The notes under the pieces were generated by a model. The model worked only from the letters and a program-made list of their open reading frames with translations, did not search any database and was not told where the DNA came from. Positions 1 to 12,784 of a stretch of 64,000 nt of DNA are shown here, one piece after another. Position numbers and translations under genes: made by a program. How positions within the stretch are numbered: position 1 is the first letter of the stretch; the number at the start of each line of letters is the position of its first letter. Source of the stretch: Eledone cirrhosa (Eukaryota). The stretch is taken from contig OZ024751.1 of NCBI GenBank assembly GCA_964016885.1, positions 6,696,001 through 6,760,000 on the forward strand. Direction: 5' to 3'.

Positions 1-590
1 AACGCTACCACTACTACTACTTCTACACTACAACCACCAACGCTACCACTGCTACTACTTCTACACTACAACCACCAACCCCTACCACTACTACTACTTC
101 TACATTACAACCACCAACGCTACCACTGCTACTACTTCTACACTACAACCACCAACCCCTACCACTACTACTACTTCTACATTACAACCACCAACGCTAC
201 CACTACTACTACTTCTACACTACAATCACCAACGCTACCACTACTACTACTTCTACACTACAACCACCAACGCTACCACTACTACTACTTCTACATTACA
301 ACCACCAACGCTACCACTACTACTACTTCTACACTACAACCACCAACGCTACCACTACTACTACTTCTACACTACAATCACCAACGCTACCACTACTACT
401 ACTTCTACACTACAACCACCAACGCTACCACTACTACTACTTCTACATTACAACCACCAACGCTACCACTACTACTACTTCTACATTACAACCACCAATG
501 CTACCACTACTACTACATCTACATTACAACCACCAATGCTACCACTACTACTACTTCTACACTACAACCAACGGTACCACTACTACTACA
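1..590. repeat. 38-bp tandem minisatellite, about 15 copies, runs off the window start
   Basis: Unit AACGCTACCACTACTACTACTTCTACACTACAACCACC recurs every 38 nt with few substitutions. Confidence 0.95.
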
Positions 591-919
591 ACAGTTGATC
601 ATACTATAACTTACATATATCCCTACGTTTGTCACATAATTTCTATTGAAATTGGTATCTCTTATTTCCTCGCAAGCTTTCTAACATTATATATGAAATA
701 TAAAATATATATGATATATACGATGATATATATATATATATTATATATACCACATATTATGTAATCTGCTATTTGCACCAATGGAAAACAACTTGAGTTA
801 TTTCATTGTATCAGTTATAATAAATTGTATTGCGTTAGTATTTTGTTTGATGTCGGTGATGCAACATTTAAAATATATTTTATTTCATGTTCACTAAGTC
901 ATCATATAGATAAACATAG

Positions 920-1112
920 GGCGGTGAATTGGCAGTATCGGTAGAGGGTCGGACGCCATGCTTTGACGCATAGAGTTACGGCTCTTGCCATTCTGAGTTC
1001 AAATCCCGCCGAGGTTAACTTTGCCTTTCATCCTTACGGGTTCGATAAAATAAAGTACCAGTAATGCACTGCGATAATTTCTGGCCTTGTGCCAAAAGTA
1101 GAAACAATTATA
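920..1112 (+). mobile_element. tRNA-derived SINE (octopus-type)
   Basis: A-box-like TGGCAGTATCGG, B-box GAGTTCAAATCC, body GCCGAGGTTAACTTTGCCTTTCATCC...AAGTACCAG and AT tail; second close copy at 16293-16480. Confidence 0.85.
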
Positions 1113-2249
1113 TAGATAAACATAGGTTTAAATATATAATGAAATAGATCCCGATACAAATAGTACGTATTTACATTTTTGTGTAACATGTGTATATTTG
1201 AGAATGTAGAATACAATTCAGAATAACCCCACATTTACGGAGCATAAAGTCATTCTAAGTGTTGAACATTTCAATACATCTTAAATCATATATGCCTGAT
1301 TGGAAAGCGATGATTCTGTGAAATCTAACTTAAGATTATAGTTATTGTATTGTAAGAGATGTTAAAATTATTATTCCCCAAACATAGTTCAGGAAATGTG
1401 CGTAACTTTGTTCATATATGCAGAAATATATTTCCAGAAAATTAGGTAGTGGAGTGGTAGAGACTATAAGGAGAATCTGACTATAAGTACTTTGCATTCT
1501 AACTTCAAACATCCTTGCAACTGATATTGAATTGCATCCCAATTTCTGTCAATGGATTGAAAAGCGGTAATAACTTGGGATTAATGAAATCAACAATATA
1601 CACGCCTCTCCTCGAATTTAAGGCTTTGTACGAATGCAAGAACTCAATATTATTCCAGAAGAACTCCAGAGTGAATGTTATATTATATCCGGATTTAAAT
1701 TTGACAAATACGCTTTGCAGTTCCGGGGGAAGGTATACGTCAGAGCATTATATTTTTTAGAATATAAATTATAGTCCTTTTATTGTAATCTATAGTTTAC
1801 AGGTACTTTCTTACGGCTACGAAATTCACTGCAAATACACACGAATTACATCCATCGAAATTAGGAATTAAAAGTTAACATCAAATTCAATATAGGAAAG
1901 TAGGAAAAATACATGGAATACGCATGTAGTTATTTTGACAATCGCTATCTATCACTAAATATATTCCCGACCTTTCTGCTCATATGAATGTATCTATATA
2001 TCTACACACATAGTCACACAAACAAATACACACATTCACACGAACACACACACACAAACAAATATATATCGTCAACGATCTATCTACTGTTTTATATAAT
2101 TATCATAAAACTGACTTCTGACACAATACATACATAATATTTCCAATGAAAATAATTGTCGGAAACATATGACTGAAAAATAATAATTAATCTAGAGCTT
2201 CAACTATATTCGTTACCTGTTTCATAAATAGATTAACTTCTACAGCCAG

Positions 2250-3816
2250 CCACACGAACCTGTAACATATCCTGAACAACCAATGCCTGTGCTTTGAAGT
2301 TCTCTTTATGTGGGGAAAGGCCTTGCAATCGACCAATCACACTTTCTGAACATCGAAAAAAACTACCCGAAAAGAAAAAGTGGTCAATATCATCGGATGC
2401 TTCCGAAGCCACAGGATTATTTGCAGAGTTTCCCTCTCCTAGAAATGTGTTATGACAACAACTGGGGGTCTTTCACTCCCAGGGAAAAAGAAAAATTACT
2501 ATTTGGATGGCCGTTGACTCCACCCTTTGCGGGTTCTTACTACCCAAAAGAAGGCACAATATGCCCTATCCATAAATGAGGAAGCAGAGTGGAAGCAAAA
2601 AACTGACGTCACATATTAGTAAGGTCATGGAACGAGTCATCAGAACGAAACTGATCATGATCCTCGATGAAACATCCACCATAGTATCAACATGCTCTCT
2701 TTTCCGGAAAGTCGTCAGATCGTGTTGTAAAATGGCAGCATCAGCCGTGTTTTTGATTGCCTGTGAGTACTGAAACAACTGCTGGACAGTTCACATGTGG
2801 ACGTGACATATCTTGAGTTTGCGGAGTGCTTTGGCAAGGTTCACCACGGTATGATATGTCACAAACTACATAGACTTGGCATAACTGAAAAAGTAGGTGA
2901 GTGTCTGCATGATTTCTTAAAAGACAGAAGCCAGAGAGTTGCAGCCATGGGGCCCTCGCAAAGGAAACATCAATATCAAGTGGGGTACCCCAGGGCAGAG
3001 TCTTGGACCACTATTGTTTTTGGTGGCTCACTCAGGCAAGCCCGCCCTCTCTAGTACATAGAGCATCCCTCACTAGCTATGCTGATGACACAAAGGTATC
3101 ACAAGCAATCAAAAACACGGCTGATGCTGCCATTTTACAACACGATCGGACGACTTTCCGGAAAAGAGACCGAGAGACCATGTTGATACTATGGAGGACA
3201 TTTGCCCTAAGCCACCTCGACTACTTCTCCCAGCTGTGGTCATCCCATAGTATCAAACAAACCACGGAGCTTGAGGCAATCCAACGAAGCTACACCAAGA
3301 GGTTCGTGACGATGAAGGAGCTGAGCTACTGGGAAAGGCTAAAAGAACTGAAACTCTACTCCTTGGAACGAAGACGAAAGAGATACGGAGTGATATACAT
3401 AGGAAATTCCTGGAGGAACTAGAACCAAACTTTGGCATTCACAGCTAGACCAGCCCCGGAACAAGGCGTCACTGTGTGGTGGTAAATGTCCCGTCTTCTA
3501 CATCTAGAATAAGGAGTAGATATTGCAATAGCCAGCAGTTTAAAGGCCCTCGAATCTTCAACAAGCTGCCAAGAATTTTGTGAGATCTGCATGATGTGGA
3601 CGTGATGCTTTCAAGGCACATCTCGACACCCTGCTATCCAGGATCCAGGATGACCCCACAGCACGGTACGAAGGTAACCTAAGGGCAGCAGCAACGAATT
3701 CCTTCTTACACAGATGGCCAGCCAACACAGGCTGGAGAAAGAATATGTAGCAGCAAGGGCAGTGCCCCAGCATGGCCTCAGCCGGATGGCTGGAGCATGT
3801 AAAAGAGTAAAAGAGT
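2250..3816 (+). mobile_element. Decayed, 5'-truncated CR1-like LINE (RT and C-terminal region)
   Basis: Frameshifted RT motifs DVTYLEFAECFGKVHHG (~DVIYLDFAKAFDKV), GVPQG, YADDTK, SHLDYFSQLWS, LSYWERLKELKLYSLERRR; ends in a short (GTAAAAGA)n tail. The 5' boundary is approximate. Confidence 0.85.
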
Positions 3817-4512
3817 ATATATATATGCATACATATACATACATATACATATATATATACATACATATACATATACATACATATACATACAGATACATAC
3901 ATATATATACATACATATATAGAATTCACAAGAATCGAAGCTATGTTCAAAGCATTTATTCACTTACAATTGTTTCATCCAAACCTAGGCTTGGTGTCTT
4001 CGGAGCATTTTTAGATGCTTGTACATATAATTGACCTCCTATCAAACGCAAGAGACATACATATACATATATATATTGATGTACAGTGGAGTGGCATATA
4101 TTATACTATACTATATTTGAACAGCAATTCAAATTTAAAATCAAAATTAAAATTAAAATTAAAATACATTCGGCAGATAACACAGATAATGTAAGAGGAT
4201 AGTTTGATAATCAGATCTAGTAGATAGTGTATGCGTTAGTCACACATGGCGCATGCAAGTGTGTCTCATTTATATACGATTATTGTGTGGCAAGGGGTTA
4301 CATGTAATGCAAGCACCTTAACCGGGTAAGCAAGAGTATTATGGTGGTTGTAGTGGTAGGGTATTTTTTGTATAGATCAAAAAAGTATGTGTGCAGAAAA
4401 ATATATATACTTACATATATATACATACATATAAATACATATACATACATATGCATACATACAAATAAATACATATACTTACATACATGTACATACACAC
4501 ACATACACACAC

Positions 4513-4594
<82 letters not shown>

Positions 4595-4966
4595 TAATAT
4601 GATACCCCTGCTATCCATGACTTAGACATTTTGCTTATCAAAATGTTTTTATAGAATGAAAAAGAAACCAAAAACAAATATCGAATATGAAAACGGAATA
4701 GAGAAATATTACGATATTTCCTTGGAAAACCATGTGTAATGTACGTTGTTGTTTTATTGCTATAGTCCCAAGTGAGTCTGAGCGAAACATTAGCTGTAGC
4801 GAATAGAAATAAATGATCAAAGAATCGCTCTAATAAATGGTGGCTTGAGTGTATTGACAATGTTAAGTGTGCTGTACTGTAAATGGAAGGTTATAAACCT
4901 GTATAAAGAATATAGTTCAGGAACTAAATCGTAGGTATCAAAACGCTGACACAGACACTCTCACAC

Positions 4967-5054
<88 letters not shown>

Positions 5055-5290
5055 TACATACATACATACATACACACACATACGCACAAACACACGGACA
5101 CAAATACGTATCCACACAGACACACAAACACACACATACACCCACAGACACATGCACACATACATATATACACACACAGACACAAAAGCACAAAGACAAA
5201 CACATACACACACATACACAATGACACAGACATGCACACACACAGACGAAAACACATACATTATATATATATATAGATAGATAGATAGAT
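3817..5290. repeat. Cluster of (TA)n, (TACA)n and (CA)n microsatellites with unique spacers
   Basis: Tracts at about 3817-3920, 4400-4592 and 4945-5290. Confidence 0.9.
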
Positions 5291-5520
5291 ATTATATGCT
5301 ACGAATGTAAAAAACTCAGCCAAATTTATTTTGCGTTTATTAGATGTTTACTTTGAACGTGGACCAACGAGAATATTGAATAGGAAGCAATTCAATTATC
5401 TCCGAACCCCCAAAATATAAACAAACACGTATACATACGTGTGTGTGTATGTGGGGGGGGGGGGGGTATGTGCGTGTGTGTATGTGAGATGATGGTGTGT
5501 TTGTGTGTAGTGTGTGTGGT

Positions 5521-5644
5521 ATAGAAATGACTTCTGCAGTACGAGAAATGTTTATATCGTTTCAAGTCATCAGCAATGTCCATGCTGTGCTCTTGATGAT
5601 TTTTCATGAATGGAACAGTTCTAGCCTTGTAGACGTCATTTCTA
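5521..5644. repeat. Small element with ~33-bp imperfect terminal inverted repeats
   Basis: Starts ATAGAAATGACTTCTGCAG and ends GTAGACGTCATTTCTAT; the same terminus occurs at 16478-16512 and a related motif at 28020-28045. Confidence 0.6.
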
Positions 5645-5808
5645 TATGCTATATATATCTACAGTCATTATTAATGTATTTCGCACGTTATCTATTTGTG
5701 GTTTCTCACCAATAACTGTTATAAAACTGTTCTTTATATATATATCAGTTCGGAAATAGCTGTTGAAACGTAAGGAGTTCAGCTGTTGGAGTCGCAAATC
5801 CTTCATAT

Positions 5809-5886
<78 letters not shown>

Positions 5887-5892
<6 letters not shown>

Positions 5893-6180
5893 ATGCTTTG
5901 GGAGGGTCATGTTGCAATAAGAAACACACGCGAGTTGCTTTCACTTCAATTTATTATAAATAAAATTTATAAATTTAGGAATTTATAAATTTCCGGTTGG
6001 TTGGTTGGTTCTACAACCAGGCGATTGTTCATATATTGTCAAATTTCTTCCGTCACACATTATGTGACCTCTTCAGTGACTGGGGATTATTTTCTTTTCT
6101 TTTTTTTCTTCTCTTCTTTTCTTTGTTTTTTGTGCCTCTCCTTTGTTCTGTCCTACGCCATCTTGTTTTTGTGTGCTGTT
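5887..6180 (-). mobile_element. Solo PLE terminal repeat (pLTR) of the 28.5-32.2 kb family, with decayed HHR
   Basis: Matches 28575-28840 (TTTGGGAGGGTCATGTTGC...GTGACCTCTTCAGTGACTGGGG); abuts (TA)n; HHR GAAA is changed to GGAA. Confidence 0.85.
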
Positions 6181-6309
6181 AGGGGCTGGACTGGTTGGGT
6201 AGTAGAGAGTAAACAAGGCAGTGCTGCATCGTATGGTCCTCCACTCCGCATTAGCAGATGGTTGGGCCGGCCTTGTAGCCCTATTTGGTCATAGCAGCTT
6301 TTGATCGCC

Positions 6310-6310
<1 letters not shown>
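6181..6310 (-). mobile_element. Inverted 130-bp fragment of the Vingi-like LINE
   Basis: Reverse complement matches about 7258-7385 with only a few substitutions. Confidence 0.85.
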
Positions 6311-6387
<77 letters not shown>

Positions 6388-6473
6388 TTATATATATATA
6401 TATATTTATTTATATATATATATATATTTATTTATATATATATATATTTATTTATATATATATATATATATAT

Positions 6474-6671
6474 AATAAAGAAAGTGTAGTAAAAGAAAAA
6501 AACAGGTGGACCATAACGTACCAGAGTACTCAATACTTATGGTAGTAGAGTAGGTAATAAGAAAAGGGACAGAACCCGACTGCTAAACTTCGGCCATTTT
6601 GAGTGTTAGATCCGGACAGTTCGGATCTAACTGTCGAAATGGACGGAGCTCAGCCGTCGGGGTCCTGACAC

Positions 6672-6676
<5 letters not shown>
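6474..6676 (-). mobile_element. Short (TA)n-flanked element containing a ~115-nt imperfect hairpin
   Basis: Arms 6562-6614 and 6622-6676 are largely complementary, with core GTTAGATCCG/CGGATCTAAC; (TA)n lies on both sides. Strand is tentative. Confidence 0.55.
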
Positions 6677-6745
<69 letters not shown>

Positions 6746-6907
6746 GGGGTGCGTTCTGTGCTACTATACTTCACAATCATTCTTATAATTCATCTGAGGT
6801 AACGTTTTAGTTTCTTCTTCCTCTCCTGCTATTTGTGTGATATATTTTAAAAATGATGTTCCGTCTTATTGACATTTCGTCCCTGGACAACGACAGATCT
6901 ACTTTGA

Positions 6908-7605
6908 CGTCAAGATGGGGTACATAAGAACAAAGAAGAAACACAAAGTAATAAAACTAGTCACTGAATGTGTAACAGAATATGTGACGAAAGATAATTG
7001 ACAATCAGCAACTAAACGCCACCTCCTTCACGGACGTGAAACTCCGGTCCAATGACTGAAGTCAAGCAGAAGCTTCCTCAGCCATGTCCAGTCCCTAACA
7101 CCATCTCAGGAAGAAACCAGACTACTGCTATGGACTAGAAAGCTAGAGAATTACTCCCCTCCTATGACATGGGAATCTCCCCTTCTGAAGCCCTCCCCCC
7201 TGGCTCAGAAGCACCATGGGTCCAGTGGAAGACACTCAACCGCCTGAGAACAAGAATGGGGCGATCAAAAGCTGCTATGGCCAAATAGGGGTACAAGGCC
7301 GTCCCAACCATCTGCGAATGCGGAGAGGAGGACCATACGATGCAGCACTGCCTTGTTTGCCCTCTACTACCCAACCAGTGCAGCTTAAAATATCTCGCAG
7401 AATTTAATAATAATGCAAAGGACTGTGTAAAGAAATGGGAAACTGTCATATAACCACATTCTTCGAAGATACGAAAAGAAGAAGAAGAAGCAACTAAACA
7501 AGTTTCCGGCTATCAAACTAACCGACGGGAGATTATAATAATTTAAATGAAACTCAATTGGTGTGTATGTTTTTCTTGCTAGCATGATGCTCCCAAGTAT
7601 AATAT
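6908..7605 (+). mobile_element. Old diverged pLTR copy split by a LINE insertion
   Basis: 6908-7005 and 7500-7605 align to the pLTR sense strand (AGTCACTGAA...TGTGACGAAAG; ...CATGATGCTCCCAAGTATAA versus CATGACCCTCCCAAAGTATAA). Confidence 0.7.
7018..7490 (+). mobile_element. 5'-truncated Vingi/Ingi-like LINE 3' end with target-site duplication
   Basis: Encodes WKTLNRLRTRMGRSKAAMAK*GY...CECGEEDHTMQHCLVCP (CCHC knuckle); (GAA)n tail; CAACTAAAC duplicated at 7009-7017 and 7491-7499. Confidence 0.8.
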
Positions 7606-7611
7606 ACATAT

Positions 7612-9375
7612 ATAAAAGTGAATGCCCATTACAAGGTAAATGCAACACCAAAGCCATTGTATATGCGGCTAAAGTGACAACCATCAGCAACAACCAACCA
7701 GCCACCAGCGAACGATATGTGGGTATGACACAAGACAAATTCAAAACGCGTTATTACTCACATGTCGCATCTTTCCGACATCCAGAAAAAAGATTCACAA
7801 CAGCTCTGGCTAGCAGAATATGGGATTTGAAAGACCAAGGTATCCAATATAAATTGGATTGGTCAATTTTGAACTAATCTAAAGAGGAACAAGAAGATGC
7901 ACACTCTGCATGAGTGAAAAATATTGGATTTTACAGAACCTTAAATCACCAAAAACCTGCCTAAATACAAAAACAGAAATCACACTTGCTTTCCAGCTCA
8001 TATAAACTTAACTCACTTTCAGATACTTATCCTCCATACACTCTTTTTCTTCACTTTCCATAAATTATCCTCTTTACAGACTTCTCTTTCTGATTTACTT
8101 TCATTTTTAAGTTTATTTTTAATTTTATTTTTATTTTTACTTCCCATCCACCAGTAACTCCCCCTACTTTTCGATTCACTTACCTAATATCTTCACATTC
8201 CACATTTTACTTGCCCATTTTCTTTCACTACCTGATATCCTGTCACTTGCATTTTCCACTCCAGATATATTCTGTTGTTTCGCAGCCGATTTTATATTTG
8301 TACTCATTTATTCATAGGGCTGGTTTATAATCTGTATCTATGTGTGTGAGTGTGCTTATGTGTGTATACGTTTTGTATATGTATACGACGCCTCCGTATG
8401 TGTGCGTACGTACGTATATATATATATATGTGTGTATGTGTGTTTTTATATCTATGTTTTTTACATACTTATTTATACGTGTGTGTATGCGGGTGAATGT
8501 ATGTGTATGTGTGTATATGTATATGTATGTATGTGTGTGTATGTATATATGTATATATATATATAGTCGCATACGTACGTGTGATTAGATATACATGTGG
8601 CAATATATATATATATATATACGTGCCTTGTGTGTATGTATGTACGCATGCATGCGCTTTTAACTGTACGTATTTGTGTGTATACATATTTATATATATA
8701 TATATATATATGTGTGTACGGGCGTACCTATGTTTGTTTTCTTTTCTCTAGTGTTAATTGATTACTTTCTCTTTGATTTAAACATTTTTTTTCATTCTCA
8801 TATATTGTTTCATTTTTATACATATATCGAGAATGACACTTCTTTTTACTATTACACTCCCTTCCCCCTTTATATTCCGCATATAAGTGACCGCGCGTGT
8901 GTGTGTGTTTATACGCGTACTTTCATACTCGTATGTGTATTTAATACCTGTATCGGGATGCGTGTTAACTATATTATCATACAATTTCTTTTTCAACTCA
9001 TATTATATATGTATTTGTGGTCACATATACACAAATATACTTGCCCTCATATATGTACTTACGCACACATTTTCACCATACACATGCATTTGTACATGCA
9101 CACATATGTAAATTTGTCAGTTTATATTCATACATATACACATACCCTAACTATATTTCCTTATTGTTTTTATATATCCCTTGGGTTACTTTTATTTATA
9201 TCTTTTTTGCCCGTTAAACTCTTGCATTTCTTGGGGAGACTTTTCAAATATTCCACTATGTTTTAAATTGCCTTGTCCGATGAACGAATGAGGACGTTTT
9301 TCGTATTCGTCTTATTCGGGAAACCTCTGGTAATGAGGTAATTATATTGTATTGTTTATTATACCTTATATATAT
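7612..9375 (+). mobile_element. PLE 3' fragment: GIY-YIG endonuclease remnant, long 3' UTR and HHR (tentatively Nematis-like)
   Basis: ECPLQGKCNTKAIVYAAKV...YVGMTQDKFKTRYYSHVASF...TALASRIWDLK...DWSIL is a PLE GIY-YIG; HHR at 9266-9343. Continuity across the microsatellite-rich UTR is inferred. Confidence 0.75.
9266..9343 (+). ncRNA. Type I hammerhead ribozyme, U4C core variant
   Basis: 11-bp stem I AATTGCCTTGT/ATGAGGTAATT with G-U pairs; core CCGATGA; stem II CGAATGAGGACG/CGTCTTATTCG; GAAAC-C-TCT-G-GTA gives a GUA cleavage triplet. Confidence 0.75.
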
Positions 9376-11139
9376 ATGTAAATGACTACACAATCAATGT
9401 TTAATTGTGTTCTATAAATGATTTGCTTCTTTCAAAATATTAATACTTCTCACCATGCGGCATTTAGTACACCTCCATCAAATTTTCAATCAAGTAGTTT
9501 TAATATATAATCAAACTCTGAATTCTAGCAGGCAAAATCTTTTCAAAGATAACAAAGGATATCTCAACAAATACTGAATTATTTGTAATAATCAGTATAT
9601 TGATGGCTATAACAATCTTTATCAGTCTTAAATCACCGATATACCTGTATTACATATATGTAAACCATTAGTAAATTATATTATTCCTTATATTTGAAAA
9701 GGACAATAGTTTCAAAGAATATTGGAAACGTATTACAAAGTAATACATAAATATTTCACTAATATGCATGCAGAATTAGACATTTAAATTCATTCCCTTT
9801 ATTTCGGATGATATATTAAAAGACGATTTATTATAGATGTAAACATATTTAGATTTAGTTTTCTTTTATTTTGTCTCAGAATGGTCATCTTTTATGTAAT
9901 ATCTGTTAGTTATTGGAAATCCCATGTAATTTCAAACTGTAAATAAAGTAAAAATAACACAAAAGGCCAATGTATGTAGTGAAGTCTTCCATAGTAAATG
10001 TTATAACAGTATGATTTCATTTATGATCATACCTTAAAAATCGATTAGCTTAAGATTCATATTTGATTCAATAAGTAAGTTAAACTTTATGAGAATCCAT
10101 GCAATATACCAATCGTGTACTTAGTAGGTACAACGGGATGTGTACGATTGTTTACTTTAAATTAAAACTATTTTAATGACTTTAGAATTCGCGTTTGTAT
10201 ATTAGGACTAACTTTATTTGATTTGAGAATTCAGTCTTAAATAAAGTAACATAGTAATACATGAAAATATATAAATGTGAAACACTGTTCATTCATTTTC
10301 CATCTTTCTAACTGAAAGAGTTCCGTAAACATTAATAAAAATAGAGTTATCTGACAACCAGGTCTCACGTATGATAGGTATATGAAGAGAAGAAGGGGAT
10401 TCAACAGAAAGAGTACGTTCAAGTACAGAAATCTTCATTAAATACAGACAAACTATTACAAATATCTAATGCGATAAAAATGTCATAAGTTCGTACTATC
10501 GAATTTATTATACGTTATATAAATTAGGTAAATGATTCCCTTCAAATTATTGTGTATAATAACAAATATAGAAAAGAGCTATCGGTGGTTTTGTTTTGCC
10601 GGGAATTGTTGAATTGATGCTGTTTTGTTAGAAAAGGAAATTATTAAGAAATGAGTATTATACTGACACCAAGAAATAGCATTGTTTGATTATGCATATC
10701 ATTTGAGCTTGTCAGATTTGCATCTGCACAACACAGGTTTTGAACGAGACTACACGAAATAAAAACACCAAATTGCACGTATACAATAACATAGATAATA
10801 TAAAATATGATTAACTCTCATATCACGTTATTCTCACATTTCTAATAACTCCTATATAGATTTATTTGTCCCATAATAACATACATATACAATATTTTGT
10901 AATTAATATATTTCTTGTTTGTTTCAGCTCAATTTAAAGCAGTCATTACATTACGAATTCATTTTTTCGGTTGCAAGTTTAGCATTACATAAACTAATAA
11001 TATTATTGTTTTGTCCATTGCACTATATAAATATTCAGTATATTGATAAGGCAAATTATATTATACATACTTAGGCATTCATAAACTTTAATTACATTAC
11101 ACTATAGGCTAATTCTAACAAAGTCTAAATATGTATTGA

Positions 11140-11312
11140 GGCAGGAGGCTCATCAGACCGGCGCTTATTCCGGTTTACGTGATGTTAAGCGACTGTGATT
11201 ACAAGATTCTCCCGGGTCAGAATACCAGTTCACAGCAGGTTTAAATTCGCAGCTACAGCTGCTACTCATTTTCGGCTGAGTGGACTGGAGCAACGTGAAA
11301 TGAAGTGTTTTG
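11140..11312 (-). mobile_element. Truncated CORE-type SINE
   Basis: Minus strand reads CAAAACACTTCATTTCACGTTGCTCCAGTCCACTCAGC, resembling the SINE CORE domain; the tRNA head is missing. Confidence 0.6.
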
Positions 11313-11755
11313 ATCATCAAACAAATTTTAGACATCAAGCTACTTTATTATTTTAAACCAAAATTAAATCATGTTTCCATTCTCCAATGTGTGTCTGTAA
11401 AGTTTGATTTCAGGGAAATCCCACTACCGTGCAATGGTTTCTTTTTGGCTTGTCACAAACATGTTTTGGGATTACAGAAGTGTAATTTCAGAACAGAAGG
11501 ACCAGTCCTTTTAGAAAATTATGAAAGTAAAATTAATGGTCTCTAATTTTGGGCAAGGCAATTAATTGGATACCATTGATTATATCATTCTCAATTTCAA
11601 GTTGAAGGACGTTACACGTGACGTATAATTAAGTCGTGTATCTAGATACAGCAAGTAAATTCTTCTCCGACAGTCAACACATTCTAATATTCACACCTAC
11701 TGTTGCTAGTTACATTACTGCCCTGTAAATAAATTTCTTGGTCAGTTTTCGTAAA

Positions 11756-12054
11756 CGAGGATGGGCTGAAAGGTTCATAGAATAACTATGAAGGACTGGT
11801 GCTAGTGCTGTGAAATCGTGGATGCATTAGTTTCAACTCTTTATTAACTGCATTATTATTTTCCAGGGACTATGTTGAAAATTAAATCTCATTTGGTCAT
11901 TCAATGAATGTATCTTGGTTAGCCTGTGAAATCTTGCAAACATTAATTAATAACTGTATTGTTTGTTTCCAGGGACTAATTTGAAAAATATACCTCATTT
12001 AGTGATAGCATGAGAATATCTTAGTCACCCTAGAAACCTTTCAGCCGAGCAGTG
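11756..12054. mobile_element. Tc1/mariner-type MITE, decayed
   Basis: Imperfect TIRs CGAGGATGGGCTGAAAGGTT / AACCTTTCAGCCGAGCAGTG with TA on the right; internal ~105-bp direct duplication (TTTCCAGGGACTA...CTCATTT occurs twice). Confidence 0.65.
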
Positions 12055-12079
12055 TATATCTATGTAATTATTTATCAAC

Positions 12080-12229
<150 letters not shown>

Positions 12230-12564
12230 AATTAGTATATCTACCAACATATGTATACAGATATGTTGGTAGATATACTAATTCTTTATAATTATCTCCA
12301 AATTATTTGTTGAGCAAAACTTGCCGAAATTACTACTGTGATTAATAGTAGTGGCTAGGCTCTGTCTTAATAGCACCCCCACTCCTAGCTGATTAACCTA
12401 AGTGTCACGTGATAGATTCTTTTGAATTTGCCACTTGACCAAGTAGGCAGTGAATTTTTCAATGTCTTGGAATCTAGCCCCCGCTCGCTTTTTTCCATCC
12501 ACTGAATTATTTTTATATAAGTTCCCAGTGTCCCCGCATTGCCTGGAAGCTTAGCTGAGAATAG

Positions 12565-12645
12565 ACTCCCTGATGACGTAAGGCGTCTCTATGGATACGC
12601 TCCGTAACCATATTTATCCCCTTACAGAAACTAATTAGTTGGAGT
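12565..12645 (+). ncRNA. Type I hammerhead ribozyme with canonical core, inside a ~470-bp non-coding (TA)n-flanked unit
   Basis: Stem I ACTCC/GGAGT; CTGATGA; stem II GTAAGG/CCTTAC with a long insert; GAAA; palindromic stem III ACTAATTAGT; GUU triplet. Confidence 0.85.
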
Positions 12646-12696
12646 GAAATTTTAGTAAGTAAGTCAATTTTCATAACTTTCTTATTTACGTCTTTC

Positions 12697-12784
<88 letters not shown>

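Noticed and set aside
920-1010. Possible tRNA gene (A and B boxes), also at 16293
   Set aside because: No cloverleaf; it continues into a shared SINE body and tail.
1342-1760. Short ORFs and a possible micro-exon (TTTGCAG...GTATAC near 1714-1738)
   Set aside because: No recognisable domain or supporting exons; such splice-like motifs are common by chance.
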